NCBI GenBank assembly: GCA_046482855.1
Contig: JAWOEH010000061.1
Coordinates: 8,687 to 72,686, forward strand
From: Bacteroidales bacterium
Lineage (GTDB): Bacteria > Bacteroidota > Bacteroidia > Bacteroidales > UBA12077
Direction: 5' to 3'
DNA: 64,000 nucleotides
This document shows, one piece after another, positions 1 to 11,965 of this stretch. Position 1 is the stretch's first letter, and each line of letters starts with the position of its first letter. The notes beneath the pieces were generated by a model. That model searched no databases, had not been told where the DNA came from, and was given only the letters and a program-made list of their open reading frames with translations. The position numbers were made by a program, and so were the translations under genes.

Positions 1-921
1 GCTCAAAATGGTCGTCCGTTGATGATTATTTCTGAAGATGTGGAAGGGGAAGCATTGGCAACTCTGGTTGTAAACAAGATTCGCGGCTCGCTGAAGGTAG
101 CGGCTGTTAAGGCACCTGGTTTTGGCGACCGACGAAAAGAGATGTTGGAAGATATCGCTATCCTGACAGGAGGTACCGTAATTACAGAAGATAAAGGACT
201 AAATCTTGAAGGTGCTACACTCGAGATGCTTGGTACTTGCGAGAAGATCAGCATCGATAAGGAAAATACAACTATCGTGAACGGTAACGGCGATAAGAGT
301 AATATCGAAGCGCGTGTGAAGCAGATTAAAGCACAAATGGAAGCTTCTACTTCCGATTACGACAAAGAAAAACTGCAAGAGCGATTGGCTAAATTAGCCG
401 GTGGTGTAGCTGTTCTTTATATCGGTGCTGCCTCCGAAATGGAAATGAAAGAGAAGAAAGACCGTGTAGAGGATGCTTTGAGTGCAACCCGCGCTGCTGT
501 TGAAGAGGGAATTATTCCTGGTGGCGGAGTAGGCCTGATTCGTACCCTTGCGGCTATTGAGGCGTTGAAAGGCGATAATGACGACGAAGATACAGGTATC
601 GCTATTATTAAGCGTGCCATCGAGGAGCCATTGCGTCAGATTGTAGAGAACGCAGGTAAAGAAGGTTCGGTAATCGTACAAAAGGTTAAAGAAGGAAAAG
701 GCGACTTTGGATACAATGCTCGCAACGACCAGTACGAGAATCTTATGGAAAGTGGTGTTATCGATCCTACAAAAGTTGCACGTATTGCTATTGAGAACGC
801 TGCATCCATTGCAGGTATGTTCTTAACTACTGAGTGTGTAATTATTGAAGAGGACGAAGAAATGCCTGCTGCTCCTGCCGGTATGGGCGGCATGGGCGGA
901 GGTATGCCCGGAATGATGTAA
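1..921 (+). CDS. groL: Chaperonin GroEL, C-terminal ~306 codons (5' end lies outside the window)
   Basis: Frame 1 is open from base 1 ([29 protein letters not shown]...) and runs into ORF 19..921. The sequence is typical GroEL and ends in the diagnostic Gly-Met tail [14 protein letters not shown]. Confidence 0.97.
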   Translation, partial: AQNGRPLMIISEDVEGEALATLVVNKIRGSLKVAAVKAPGFGDRRKEMLEDIAILTGGTVITEDKGLNLEGATLEMLGTCEKISIDKENTTIVNGNGDKSNIEARVKQIKAQMEASTSDYDKEKLQERLAKLAGGVAVLYIGAASEMEMKEKKDRVEDALSATRAAVEEGIIPGGGVGLIRTLAAIEALKGDNDDEDTGIAIIKRAIEEPLRQIVENAGKEGSVIVQKVKEGKGDFGYNARNDQYENLMESGVIDPTKVARIAIENAASIAGMFLTTECVIIEEDEEMPAAPAGMGGMGGGMPGMM

Positions 922-944
922 GGTTGATTTTACCTCATATTATA

Positions 945-976
945 GGCGGCTATCAAACGATAGCCGCTCTTTTTTT
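945..976 (+). terminator. Rho-independent terminator after groEL
   Basis: GGCGGCTATC (945-954) and GATAGCCGC (959-967) form a stem around loop AAAC, followed by TCTTTTTTT. Confidence 0.75.
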
Positions 977-1067
977 ATATTTTTAACATGTTTTCTTGTA
1001 TTTCCTCTTTTTGCTGTCATTCCCTTTTAGTAACTTACTTAGGTTATAAATTGATATTTTTACTACC

Positions 1068-1871
1068 ATGAACCGACAATTTTTCTTAACCATTAGTCTT
1101 CTCTTGTTGGCAAGTAATACACTATTTGCCGGATGGGTGATTGTGCAAAAAACCTACGACGCCTCCGAGGGTGCTCAGGGAGAAATCGAAGAAATACTCT
1201 ACTTTCAGGACGATAAGGTGAAGATGATGAGTGAGGATATGGCAACAATTTTCGACCTGAACTCCGGAGAGATGTATTTTATTAACTACCAAACACGTAA
1301 CTATTGGACAGGTACTGCTCAGGAAATGGAAGATCAGGTAAAAGCTGCCATGGATGAAATGATTGAACAACAATTGGCCAATGTGCCCGAAGATAAACGG
1401 GAAGAGATGCGGGCAATGTACAAGCAAATGATGGCAGGGCAAACAGAATCGGATGCACATAGCCGTCCTTCCGATTTGGCTGTTACCATTGAGAAAACCA
1501 CTGAGAAGAGTGTTGTAGCCGGATTACCTGTAACGAAATATAGGGTTATAGTGGATGGAAAGCTAACCGAAGAGGTGTGGCTGAATACAGACGCGGGAAT
1601 ACATAATGAGTTTTCGGTGCAGAAGTTCTATGACTTTATGGCCGGATTTTTAAAGAGTTTTCAGAATCAGGAAACCTATAAGGATCAGGAAGCCTATGTG
1701 CAGATGGCAAAACAAGGCTATCCGTTGAAGATTATCGATCGCGCAGGTGCTTACGAAACCATTACTGAAGTGACTTCTGTTGAGAAGAAAAATCTTTCCA
1801 GAAGCGATTTTCTCCCTCCCAATGACTTCTCCGAGCAAGCATTAACAGATATGCAAACAGGTTTTAATTAA
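1068..1871 (+). CDS. Secreted protein of unknown function (possibly DUF4412-like)
   Basis: 267-aa ORF with an N-terminal signal peptide (MNRQFFLTISLLLLASNTLFAG) and an acidic, Met-rich middle. The family assignment is from memory only. Confidence 0.7.
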   Translation: MNRQFFLTISLLLLASNTLFAGWVIVQKTYDASEGAQGEIEEILYFQDDKVKMMSEDMATIFDLNSGEMYFINYQTRNYWTGTAQEMEDQVKAAMDEMIEQQLANVPEDKREEMRAMYKQMMAGQTESDAHSRPSDLAVTIEKTTEKSVVAGLPVTKYRVIVDGKLTEEVWLNTDAGIHNEFSVQKFYDFMAGFLKSFQNQETYKDQEAYVQMAKQGYPLKIIDRAGAYETITEVTSVEKKNLSRSDFLPPNDFSEQALTDMQTGFN

Positions 1872-1875
1872 GAAT

Positions 1876-1940
1876 AAAAAGAGGCTTGAAGTTTATTCGT
1901 CAGAAATTAACATGACAGGTAAGCCTCTTTTTATTTTTTC
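1876..1940 (+). terminator. Candidate long-hairpin terminator
   Basis: AAAAAGAGGCTT (1876-1887) pairs with AAGCCTCTTTTT (1921-1932) and is followed by a T-rich run. The 33-nt loop contains an inner GTCA/TGAC pairing. Confidence 0.45.
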
Positions 1941-2161
1941 TTTCCCGCGATTTTACCCGGGCCTTCTCGCTTTTTGCTCCTTTTTTTTTGCTCCGTTTCT
2001 TATTCTATCCATTAGTTCCTGAAATAAAAGCTAATTTGTTATTATCGGGAACCGTGCTTTTTAGGGAGTTTGAAATTATGCCTTTTTTATTGAAGGGGAA
2101 AAGATCTTTCCCTTCGCCTAGCGATAGTATAATTTTTTCACCTGAAGTGGTCTTTCTTAAT

Positions 2162-2706
2162 TCATAATAAACGTGTTTTCGATAAACTATCGCGGTTTAT
2201 TGGACAATATATACCTTCTTGAGTTTCCAACTCAATGAGCTGTTTGGGAAAGGCTTGCCAGTTTTCCAGGTAATTGTCAAGTTTATAGGTCAGACAGCAC
2301 TTCGACTTTTCGTACTGTCCGGCCAGTTTTGGACGTTTGTAGGCAGCTGTTTGAGCTTTGCTGCTTGCGTTGTGATGGTGGTGAAGTCCCTACGCCAGGT
2401 GCTGCAACATAGCTCTCTCCCGCAGCTGCCTGGTCCTCCGGTAAAGCTTACAATGCCGAAATGGCGACCGGGAGAAGCTTCAACGGCTTATTGCTTAGCC
2501 TCGCTTTAAAGCGAGTTCATGAACGTTCTTGTATAAGCTTTACGGGTGTTATTGAACCTTCCCTCCACAGTATGCGATTCCTTTCTGCTATCGGGTAGAT
2601 CGTCCAGCCAATCATGTGTCGTTAATTTTCCATGGATGTTATCATAGTTGGTGACTTCATCATAGAAGATCTTTTTCGATGATGAATTACATCCTGTACA
2701 ACTCAT
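2162..2706 (-). pseudogene. Decayed PSP1/RicT (YaaT)-family gene
   Basis: The minus strand starts MSCTGCNSS...HDWLDDLPD...VEGRFNNTRKAYTRTFMNSL, then a TAA (2506-2508), SEAKQ, and a second in-frame TAA (2488-2490). It continues AVEASPGRHFGIVSFTGGPGSCGRELCCSTWRRDFTTITTQAAKLKQLP. After a frameshift near 2335-2345 it reads KRPKLAGQYEKSKCCLTYKLDNYLENWQAFPKQLIELETQEG...*. The PSP1 hallmarks CGRELCCSTW and KCCL-Y are present. The roughly 130-170 codons that normally lie between the VEASPG strand and the CGRELCC motif are missing. Confidence 0.75.
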
Positions 2707-2883
2707 AATTAAAATTATTTTTCCTCACAGGGGTAGGGCTAATCTTAATTAAAGGAGGGTGTTGACGGTTTTTTCTGTATGACCGCTTACAATTAGAAAT
2801 CTTTTTAATGTATAGTAAAACAGGTTGTAGGTAAGGGATGGGCGCCTTGGAAATAAATTGATGGTAATAAATTGTAACAGAAG

Positions 2884-2915
2884 TTTGGTAGATTGAAAAT
2901 AATCTTTTATGTTTG
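2884..2915 (+). promoter_or_regulatory. Bacteroidota-type promoter (-33 TTTG / -7 TAnnTTTG) for the riboswitch-led met operon
   Basis: TTTG at 2884-2887 and TATGTTTG at 2908-2915 are separated by 20 nt, matching the Bacteroides sigma-AB consensus spacing. The -7 box lies about 40 nt upstream of the riboswitch P1. Confidence 0.5.
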
Positions 2916-2954
2916 CCATCAAGTTCAAGCCTTCCTTTTTTTAAAGGCGTTTGA

Positions 2955-3052
2955 ATTATAAAGAAGAGGGGAGAGATTAGGCTCTGTGAACCTCTAGCAA
3001 CCTGTGTTTGCAAGGTGCTAAAACCTAATCCGCATAAGCGGTGATTATAACT
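2955..3052 (+). promoter_or_regulatory. SAM-I (S-box) riboswitch aptamer
   Basis: P1 is TTATAA (2956-2961) with TTATAA (3045-3050). The core AGAGGGGAGAGAUUAGGCUCUGUGAACCUCUAGCAACC matches the SAM-I consensus AGAGnGGnGGAGGGAnnGGCCCnnnGAAnCCnnGCAACC with compensatory changes. GGUGCUAAAACC matches the GGUGCnAAnnCC junction. P4 is the hairpin CCGC-AUAA-GCGG. It sits upstream of a methionine biosynthesis operon. Confidence 0.78.
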
Positions 3053-3108
3053 TAAAAACGCATGTTATGTATTACAAAAATTCCTACAACTTATTATTGC
3101 TTCAACCT

Positions 3109-3144
3109 GAAGAAAACTTCGGAGCGTTATCCTTTTCTTCTTTT
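3109..3144 (+). terminator. Candidate riboswitch expression-platform hairpin (weak)
   Basis: GAAGAAAA (3109-3116) pairs with TTTTCTTC (3133-3140) and is followed by TTTT. The stem is AT-rich with a 16-nt loop, so its function as a terminator is uncertain. Confidence 0.3.
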
Positions 3145-3239
3145 GGTAATATGATGTGCCTGCCCATGTATATGCGCTAATTGCGCTTTATTCGTCCTTA
3201 ATATCCCATACTATTGTTCATTAGTTAAATTGTTGTGGC

Positions 3240-4610
3240 ATGCCATATTATGTATGTAAGTTTGGTGGTTCTAATTTGAAATCTTCATCTGATATTTTGA
3301 AGGTTGTTCGGGCAGTAACTAATTATAGTCCTCCTTTAATCGTTGTTGTGTCTGCATTTTATGGCGTAACGGATAAATTGAGTAGTATTACAAATTGTAA
3401 GGAGGGAGCGGCTATGTTAAGTGATAGGTACCTTCAGCAGCTCAAGCGTCTTAAATTTGCTGTTGCGCAGGAGCATATTACTGACCCGGTACTTTTTTCG
3501 GAGTTTGAGAACCGGATTGAAGCTCGATTTCGCAAGTTAGAGTACTTGATAACAGGCGCGCGCTATATAGGCGAAACGCCCGCCTTCCTGTATGATGAAA
3601 TTGTAAGTTATGGCGAACGTTTTAGTTCCTTGCTGCTCACTTATATATTACGGCAGAAGGGTATCGAAGCACAAGAGGCGTTGCCCGAGGATATTGGGCT
3701 GTTAACCGATGGCGTGTATGGCAATGCTACAGTAAGCGTAAAAGGTAGCCAAAATTCTGTGTCGGATTATTTTGATGAGCCCGGAGTTTATATTGTGCCC
3801 GGGTTTTACGGTATTTCGGCCTATGGGAAGACAACTTTGCTGGGCCGTGGCGGGAGTGATTATACTGCTTCCGCCCTTGCAGCTTGTGTTGGAGCACAAT
3901 GCGTCGACCTGTGGAAAGATGTGGATGGCTTCTGTTCCGCCGATCCCAGTACCGTTGAGGCTGTCGAAGCTATTCCGGAGTTAACCTATGCCGAGGCTGC
4001 AGAGTTGGCCTATTTTGGCTCAAAGATACTGCATCCACGAACCGTTGAACCGTTGCAAAAATGTGCCATTCCCTTGCATATCAGGTATATTCATGGGGAT
4101 CTTTTGCATTATGCTACACGTGTATCAAGTGCCTCGGCTGTGGGCCCCTTGAGGATTAAGAGTATTACTTCCTCTAATCAAGTAGGATTAATTGAGTTGC
4201 AGGGCAACGGTGTAGGCATGAAACCCGGGGTACTTGCTAAAGCAACGCAAGCTTTGGAACAACACCGACTAAACATTAAATCGGTATATACTTCTCAAAC
4301 CTCTATCCACTTACTTGTGGATTCAACCGACCTGACAATGGCATTTCAGGTATTGAGTAACCTTCCCTGGACAAGTGTGACAAATATTTCCCAACGGCAC
4401 GACATTTCTTTAATTGCGGCTGTAGGCGAAGGTCTGGCTCACACTTATGGAATTGCCGGGATGCTCTTCGAAGCTGCAGGAAAGGCATGTGTAAACATTC
4501 AGTCCATTGTCTTTGGTGCCAGTAAGGTAGCCGTTTATTTCATCGTTGATAAAAAGGATAAAGATGCTATTGTTAAAGAAATTCACAACACTTTTTTTGT
4601 GCCAGCCTGA
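3240..4610 (+). CDS. lysC: Aspartate kinase (monofunctional, with C-terminal ACT-type regulatory region)
   Basis: 456 aa. It has the N-terminal kinase motif VCKFGGSNL, then LGRGGSDYTASALA and AELAYFGSKILHPRTV. It is the first gene after the SAM riboswitch. Confidence 0.92.
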   Translation: MPYYVCKFGGSNLKSSSDILKVVRAVTNYSPPLIVVVSAFYGVTDKLSSITNCKEGAAMLSDRYLQQLKRLKFAVAQEHITDPVLFSEFENRIEARFRKLEYLITGARYIGETPAFLYDEIVSYGERFSSLLLTYILRQKGIEAQEALPEDIGLLTDGVYGNATVSVKGSQNSVSDYFDEPGVYIVPGFYGISAYGKTTLLGRGGSDYTASALAACVGAQCVDLWKDVDGFCSADPSTVEAVEAIPELTYAEAAELAYFGSKILHPRTVEPLQKCAIPLHIRYIHGDLLHYATRVSSASAVGPLRIKSITSSNQVGLIELQGNGVGMKPGVLAKATQALEQHRLNIKSVYTSQTSIHLLVDSTDLTMAFQVLSNLPWTSVTNISQRHDISLIAAVGEGLAHTYGIAGMLFEAAGKACVNIQSIVFGASKVAVYFIVDKKDKDAIVKEIHNTFFVPA

Positions 4611-4679
4611 TTTGTTGCTGTTTCATTGTCGACCCAGAGATGTGGGCTTTATGTGAAAGTCAGTGATCTTTCCGCATAA

Positions 4680-5993
<1,314 letters not shown>

Positions 5994-6073
5994 CCGGGTG
6001 TGCGAGGGAGGGTTTGAACTAACCATATGTCCTCTTTATTCCTTCCTCCTTCGCCTCCCTTTTTAATTATATT

Positions 6074-7093
6074 ATGAAGAAGCTGACAATTTCTGAATCG
6101 CTTACGCTTGAATGCGGCAATATCTTGCCCGGGTATGAAATTGCCTATCAAACCTGGGGGCAATTGAATGAACGGGGCGATAATGTAATTTGGGTGGCAC
6201 ATGCACTTACCGCCAATGCCGATGTGGCCGACTGGTGGCCGGGTATGGTGGGAGAAGGAAAACTTATGGATCCTTCGCAGTATTTTATTGTTTGTGCCAA
6301 TATTTTAGGTTCTTGTTATGGAAGCACCGGGCCCTTGTCCAAGAATCCGCAAAATGGAAATGCCTGGTTTCGCACCTTTCCATTAATTACACCTCGCGAT
6401 ATGGTACAAGCCCACCAAGATTTGTGCGATTATTTGGGTATTCATACCATTGAGCTGTTAATTGGCGGATCCATTGGTGGTTTTCAGGCGCTTGAGTGGG
6501 CTATTCAGGAACCCGCGCGGATTCGGCATCTGGTGGTGTTGGCTGCCAGTGCTTATACCTCATCGTGGGTAATTGCATTTAATGAGGCTCAGCGTATGGC
6601 TATTGAAGCCGATGCTTCTTTTTTTCAAGATATACCCCGCGGCGGTCTTTCAGGTATGGAAGCAGCGCGTGCTGTGGCCTTGTTAAGCTACCGGAATGGG
6701 CCAACCTATAATCATTCCCAGCCTTTGATGGAGGAGCAATTGGAAAAACAGCCTGCCTGTTCTTATCAGCGCTATCAAGGGGCAAAACTTGCAAAACGCT
6801 TCAATGCCTATTCGTACCACCTTCTTACGCGGGCCATGGATAGCCATCATGTGGGACGCGGGCGGGGTGGAGTTGAAAAGGCTCTGGAAAAGATAAAAGC
6901 AAAAACCCTGGTAATGGGAATGGATACGGATTGGATCTTCCCGACTGAGGAGCAAAAGTTTTTGGCCACTTATATTCCAGAGGCGATATATGCAGAGATT
7001 CATTCAGCTTATGGACATGACGGATTTCTTATCGAAGTCCCCGAGATTTCACAACAGATAAAAAAATTCATCAATAATGGAAAAACGAACTAA
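6074..7093 (+). CDS. metX: Homoserine O-acetyltransferase
   Basis: 339 aa alpha/beta hydrolase with nucleophile elbow GGSIGG, a C-terminal HSAYGHDGFL motif, and met-operon context. Confidence 0.93.
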   Translation: MKKLTISESLTLECGNILPGYEIAYQTWGQLNERGDNVIWVAHALTANADVADWWPGMVGEGKLMDPSQYFIVCANILGSCYGSTGPLSKNPQNGNAWFRTFPLITPRDMVQAHQDLCDYLGIHTIELLIGGSIGGFQALEWAIQEPARIRHLVVLAASAYTSSWVIAFNEAQRMAIEADASFFQDIPRGGLSGMEAARAVALLSYRNGPTYNHSQPLMEEQLEKQPACSYQRYQGAKLAKRFNAYSYHLLTRAMDSHHVGRGRGGVEKALEKIKAKTLVMGMDTDWIFPTEEQKFLATYIPEAIYAEIHSAYGHDGFLIEVPEISQQIKKFINNGKTN

Positions 7094-8276
7094 ATTAACC
7101 ATTGGTCTTTTTGGCTTTGGTGTAGTTGGCGAAGGGTTGTACCATGTTTTGGAAAACAGCAAAACTGTGGATGCAACCGTAAAAAGAATTTGCGTAAAGC
7201 AACAAAATAAAAAACGGTCGCTATCCGCTGAGTTTTTTACCTATCAGCCTTCCGAAGTGTTGGAGGATGCATCCATTAACCTGGTGGTGGAGCTGATAGA
7301 TAATGCCGAGGAAGCTTATGTTCTTGTGAAGCAGGCATTAGAGAAAGGGAAGAGTGTGGTTTCAGGCAATAAGAAGATGTTGGCCTCGCATCTTCCCGAA
7401 TTAATTGAATTACAACAACAAAACAACGTTGCACTTTTATATGATGCTTCCGCTTGCGGAAGTATTCCGGTTATCCGGAATATCGAGGAGTATTATGATA
7501 ACGATTTGCTGACTTCTTTAACGGGTATTTTAAACGGATCGTCCAACTACATTCTCTCGCGCATATTCTCCAATGGCGCCGACTATCGTGAAGTACTGCG
7601 TGAAGCTCAGGAACTGGGTTTTGCCGAAAGCAACCCGGTGTTCGATGTGGAAGGATTCGACTCGTTGTATAAATTGGTAATTCTGGCTTTGCATGCCCTG
7701 GGGACCTACGTGCCACCCGAAGGGGTCTTTAATTATGGTATCTCTTCCATCAATGATTGTGATGTTAAGTTTGCACGGGAAAAAGGGTTTAAAATAAAGT
7801 TGGTAGCGCAACTGGTAAAGCTTACTGGCGATCGGTTTACGATTTTTGTATTACCGAAATTGGTAACTCCTGAAGAGTATATCTATAATGTGGAAGATGA
7901 GTATAATGGTGTTGTGATTGAAGGGCAGTTCTACGAGAAGCAATTTATGTTTGGTAAGGGGGCAGGTGCGCTGCCTACCGGGTCGGCTGTTTTGAGCGAC
8001 ATTACTGCCTGCAGTCATCACTACAGGTACGAGTATAAAAAGCAAACCTACTTTCAACCTTTAACTTATACTACCGATGTGGCCATACAGGTGTATCTGC
8101 GTTATGAGTCTCTGGTTGATTTCAGTCACTTTGCCTTTGAGAAGATCACCGAGAAGTATGCAGGTGAGGAGTGTAACTATGTGGTAGGTGAGATCTTGCT
8201 GTCGAATCTCTTGAAAATACGCTCCCTATTGCCTAAATTAAATGTGTTTCTGGCTTTTAAATCAGTAGAGCAATGA
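7077..8276 (+). CDS. hom: Homoserine dehydrogenase
   Basis: 399 aa. It has an N-terminal Rossmann motif ([11 protein letters not shown]), then [11 protein letters not shown] and [14 protein letters not shown]. It overlaps metX by 17 nt and metH by 4 nt. Confidence 0.9.
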   Translation: MEKRTKLTIGLFGFGVVGEGLYHVLENSKTVDATVKRICVKQQNKKRSLSAEFFTYQPSEVLEDASINLVVELIDNAEEAYVLVKQALEKGKSVVSGNKKMLASHLPELIELQQQNNVALLYDASACGSIPVIRNIEEYYDNDLLTSLTGILNGSSNYILSRIFSNGADYREVLREAQELGFAESNPVFDVEGFDSLYKLVILALHALGTYVPPEGVFNYGISSINDCDVKFAREKGFKIKLVAQLVKLTGDRFTIFVLPKLVTPEEYIYNVEDEYNGVVIEGQFYEKQFMFGKGAGALPTGSAVLSDITACSHHYRYEYKKQTYFQPLTYTTDVAIQVYLRYESLVDFSHFAFEKITEKYAGEECNYVVGEILLSNLLKIRSLLPKLNVFLAFKSVEQ

Positions 8277-11200
8277 AGCAGGCAAAATACATAAAGCAAC
8301 AGTTACAAACTCTGATGCAAGAACAAGTGCTCCTGCTTGATGGCGCTATGGGTACCCAAATTCAAATTCGGGAACTGGAAGAAGAACACTATCGTGGGCG
8401 GCATTTTACTGCCTGGACTGATGAGTTAAAGGGAAATCATGATCTGCTTTCTATTACCTCTCCGCAAGTGGTAAAGCAAATTTATGGCGAATATCTGGAA
8501 GCCGGAGCCAATTTAATCGAAACCAATACCTTTAATGCCAATGCCATTTCGCAAGCCGACTATGGAACACAGGCGTATGTTTATGAAATGAATAAAGCCG
8601 CTGCAGTGCTTGCTCGTGAGGCCATTGAAGCGCTATCACCTCTCCAGTTGGATATTCCCCGGTTTGTTGTGGGTGTTTTGGGCCCAACCAATCGCACGGC
8701 TAGTATGTCGCCCGATGTGGAGCATCCTGCTTATCGAACTGTGAGCTTCGATGAATTGGCAGCGGCCTATTCCGAACAGCTGCAAGGGCTATATGATGGG
8801 GGAGTAGATGTTGTGCTCGTGGAGACGGTATTCGATACCTTGAATTGCAAGGCTGCTTTATTTGCTATTCAGCAATTTAATGAGGAAAAAAAGGCTGATC
8901 TGCCTGTAATGGTTTCCGGTACTATTACCGATCCCAGTGGGCGAACGCTCATAGGACAGACTCTGGAGGCTTTTTATGCTTCCGTGACGCATGTCGATTT
9001 GTTGTCGGTGGGGTTGAATTGTGCCTTTGGTGCCAGTCAGCTTTATGAGTTTGTGCACACATTAAATGAAATAAGCCGATTCCCCATTAGTGTACATCCA
9101 AACGCCGGACTCCCCAATCAATTTGGGAACTACGATCAGTCGGCACAGGAGATGGGGCGCCTGGTGAAAAAATACCTCGATCATCGGCTTGTTAATATTG
9201 TCGGGGGTTGTTGCGGTACTACGCCAAAACACATTGAAGTGTTGCGGTCGATAGTCGATGGCGCTGCCCCGCGTCCGCTGGCAAATCGCCCTCAATTACT
9301 TACACTCGCAGGGCTGGAACCGCTGGATGTGACTCCTGAAATGAATTTTATAAACATTGGTGAACGTACAAATGTAGCTGGCTCGCGGAAATTTGCCCGA
9401 CTTATTCGGGAAGATCGCTATGAAGAGGCTTTGGCCGTGGCTCAACACCAAATTGAAAATGGGGCGCAGGTGATTGATGTGTGTATGGACGATGCTATGC
9501 TCAACTCCCCTGAAACGATGCGTACATTTCTGCGCTACATTCAGTCGGAACCTGATGTGGCCCGTGTACCCCTTATGATTGATAGTTCTCACTGGCCAAC
9601 TATTCAGGCAGGAGTGAAATGTGTTGCAGGAAAACCCATTGTAAACTCCATTAGCCTGAAAGATGGCGAGGCCGAATTTATCCATCGTGCACGTTGGTTA
9701 AGAAAAATGGGAGCTGCTGTTGTTGTGATGCTATTTGATGAGCACGGACAAGCTACTGATTACGAGGACAGAATTCGGATTGCCAGACGTTCTTATGAGT
9801 TGTTGAACCACCGGATAGGCTTCCCGCCTTGCGATATTATATTCGACCCTAATGTGTTGGCTGTGGCTACAGGTATGCCCGAACACAACAATTATGCAGT
9901 GGACTTTATAAAGGCTACTCGGTGGATTAAAGAAAATCTTCCCGGTGTAAAAGTAAGTGGAGGCATTAGTAATCTCTCTTTTGCTTTTCGTGGGAACAAT
10001 GCCGTGCGGGAAGCTATGCATGCCGTGTTTTTATACCATGCCATTCAGGCTGGTTTGGATATGGGTATTGTGAATACTGCTTTATTGGAGGTTTATGATC
10101 AAGTAGAACCCGCTTTGCGAAAACTTGCCGAAGATGTGGTTTTAAATCGGCGGCGTAATGCTACCGAGCGCATGATTGGCTATGCCCACCTAAAAAAAGA
10201 GGCGAAAACGGAACAGGTAAAAGTTCATAAGTGGCGGAATGAACCCATAAATGAGCGAATTACCTACGCCTTGATTAAAGGTATAGATACTTATATTCTT
10301 CCCGATGCCGAGGAAGCACGCCAGCATTATGCTTCTGTTTTGGAGATAATCGAAGGCCCGTTGATGAACGGGATGGATACCGTTGGCGAGCGTTTTGGGC
10401 AGGGAAAGATGTTCTTGCCCCAGGTTGTAAAATCAGCACGGGTGATGAAAAAGGCAGTTGCCTATTTGCAACCATTTTTAGAGGAAGAATTAAAGCATAG
10501 TGGTGCCACTTCTTCAGCCGGAAAAATATTGTTAGCTACAGTGAAAGGCGATGTCCATGACATTGGAAAGAATATCGTGAAGGTGGTGCTGGCTTGTAAT
10601 AATTATGAGATAATTGATTTAGGTGTAATGGTTTCTGCTGCTAAAATTTTGGAGGTAGCTGTCACTGAACAAGTAGATATTATTGGTTTGAGCGGATTGA
10701 TAACACCCTCGCTACACGAGATGGAACATGTTGCTGAACAGCTGGATGAATCGAACTTTCAGGTTCCTTTACTTATTGGTGGAGCAACTACCTCCAAAGA
10801 GCATACGGCGATAAAAATTGCCCCCCACTACCAACAACCTGTGATTCACGTGCCCGATGCTTCACAAAGTGTGGGTGTGGTCAGTGCACTGTTGAGCAAT
10901 GCCCGGAAGGCCGATTTTGTTGCCAGAGAGCAGCAAAAAACCGAAGACTTATGTGCGCGCTATTTTTCACAAAAACCGATTTACAGTTATCGTTCGTTGG
11001 CAGAGGCTCGTGCAAATCCGGTAAGGTTGCGCACCTTATCTGATGAACGTTATATCCCCTCGTTCACCGGTAAAAGAATCATTCGAAACAATACCATACA
11101 GCAACTTCGGCCCTATATCGACTGGACCTTCTTTTTTTATGCATGGGAATTACGGGGAAAGTATCCTGCTATTTTTAAAGATGTGGTTATGGGACAACAA

Positions 11201-11962
11201 GCCCGTGAATTGTACAACGATGCTAATGCCCTGCTCGATAAAATGGAGCAGGAGCAACTCGTTGGGATGGAGGCACAGGTGGCCTTCTATCCGGTAGAGC
11301 CTCACGGTGATGATATAGAGGTCTTTACTGATCAGGAAACAGAAAAGCCTTTTTGCACTTTTTATTGTTTACGCGCACAAAAAAGAGAAGAAGAGAAGCC
11401 TAATAAGTGCCTCAGCGATTTTATTATGTCAAAGGAGGCGCTTGGACGGCGCGATTATATGGGTTTCTTTGCTGTTACTGCCGGCATTGGGACCGATGAG
11501 CTGGCAAAAAAATGGGAGGCTGAAGGCGATGACTACCAGGCGTTGATGTTAAAAATACTTTCGGACCGTTTGGCCGAAGCCTATGCCGAATACTTGCATG
11601 AATGGGTGCGTAAGGAATTGTGGGGCTATGCTTCCAATGAGCAGGTGTCGATTGATGACATGCTTAAAGAGCGCTACCAGGGCATTCGTCCTGCTGTGGG
11701 GTATCCTTCGTTACCTGATCATAGCGAAAAACAGACGCTATTTCAGCTTCTCGATCCGGACGGAGAAGGTGCCATTCAGCTCACTGAAACCTACATGATG
11801 CAACCTGCTGCTTCGGTTTCGGGCTATTACTTTGCACACCCCCAGGCCTGCTATTTTGATGTGGGCAAATTAGAGGCTGATCAGATTGCCGATTATGCTC
11901 AACGGAAAGGGATTCGGCCGAAAATGGCTGAACATTTACTACTCAAAAACCTGAAACAGTAA
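8273..11962 (+). CDS. metH: Cobalamin-dependent methionine synthase
   Basis: 1229 aa with four modules in the canonical order: homocysteine-binding, pterin-binding, B12-binding and AdoMet-activation. The B12 module carries [10 protein letters not shown] (DxHxxG) and SGLITPS. The activation module carries [12 protein letters not shown]. Confidence 0.97.
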   Translation: MKQAKYIKQQLQTLMQEQVLLLDGAMGTQIQIRELEEEHYRGRHFTAWTDELKGNHDLLSITSPQVVKQIYGEYLEAGANLIETNTFNANAISQADYGTQAYVYEMNKAAAVLAREAIEALSPLQLDIPRFVVGVLGPTNRTASMSPDVEHPAYRTVSFDELAAAYSEQLQGLYDGGVDVVLVETVFDTLNCKAALFAIQQFNEEKKADLPVMVSGTITDPSGRTLIGQTLEAFYASVTHVDLLSVGLNCAFGASQLYEFVHTLNEISRFPISVHPNAGLPNQFGNYDQSAQEMGRLVKKYLDHRLVNIVGGCCGTTPKHIEVLRSIVDGAAPRPLANRPQLLTLAGLEPLDVTPEMNFINIGERTNVAGSRKFARLIREDRYEEALAVAQHQIENGAQVIDVCMDDAMLNSPETMRTFLRYIQSEPDVARVPLMIDSSHWPTIQAGVKCVAGKPIVNSISLKDGEAEFIHRARWLRKMGAAVVVMLFDEHGQATDYEDRIRIARRSYELLNHRIGFPPCDIIFDPNVLAVATGMPEHNNYAVDFIKATRWIKENLPGVKVSGGISNLSFAFRGNNAVREAMHAVFLYHAIQAGLDMGIVNTALLEVYDQVEPALRKLAEDVVLNRRRNATERMIGYAHLKKEAKTEQVKVHKWRNEPINERITYALIKGIDTYILPDAEEARQHYASVLEIIEGPLMNGMDTVGERFGQGKMFLPQVVKSARVMKKAVAYLQPFLEEELKHSGATSSAGKILLATVKGDVHDIGKNIVKVVLACNNYEIIDLGVMVSAAKILEVAVTEQVDIIGLSGLITPSLHEMEHVAEQLDESNFQVPLLIGGATTSKEHTAIKIAPHYQQPVIHVPDASQSVGVVSALLSNARKADFVAREQQKTEDLCARYFSQKPIYSYRSLAEARANPVRLRTLSDERYIPSFTGKRIIRNNTIQQLRPYIDWTFFFYAWELRGKYPAIFKDVVMGQQARELYNDANALLDKMEQEQLVGMEAQVAFYPVEPHGDDIEVFTDQETEKPFCTFYCLRAQKREEEKPNKCLSDFIMSKEALGRRDYMGFFAVTAGIGTDELAKKWEAEGDDYQALMLKILSDRLAEAYAEYLHEWVRKELWGYASNEQVSIDDMLKERYQGIRPAVGYPSLPDHSEKQTLFQLLDPDGEGAIQLTETYMMQPAASVSGYYFAHPQACYFDVGKLEADQIADYAQRKGIRPKMAEHLLLKNLKQ

Positions 11963-11965
11963 GTT

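Noticed and set aside
2219-2509. 96-aa ORF on the + strand.
   Set aside because: It lies exactly antisense to the PSP1 relic, whose conserved motifs read on the minus strand. It is low-complexity with no start context, so it is an antisense artefact.
2500-2515. Perfect 16-nt palindrome CTCGCTTTAAAGCGAG inside the pseudogene, containing the first in-frame stop.
   Set aside because: With no loop it cannot form a stable hairpin. It is a single short occurrence, so I treated it as incidental, though it marks one of the lesions.
2687-3013. 108-aa ORF on the - strand upstream of the PSP1 relic.
   Set aside because: It overlaps the antisense of the met-operon promoter and the 5' half of the SAM riboswitch. 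Its composition is typical of AT-rich intergenic translation and it has no recognisable domains.
3175-3193. GCGC-TAATT-GCGC hairpin followed by TTTATT, as an alternative riboswitch terminator.
   Set aside because: The stem is only 4 bp and the U-tract is interrupted, which is too weak to call. It is mentioned only as a candidate in the riboswitch finding.
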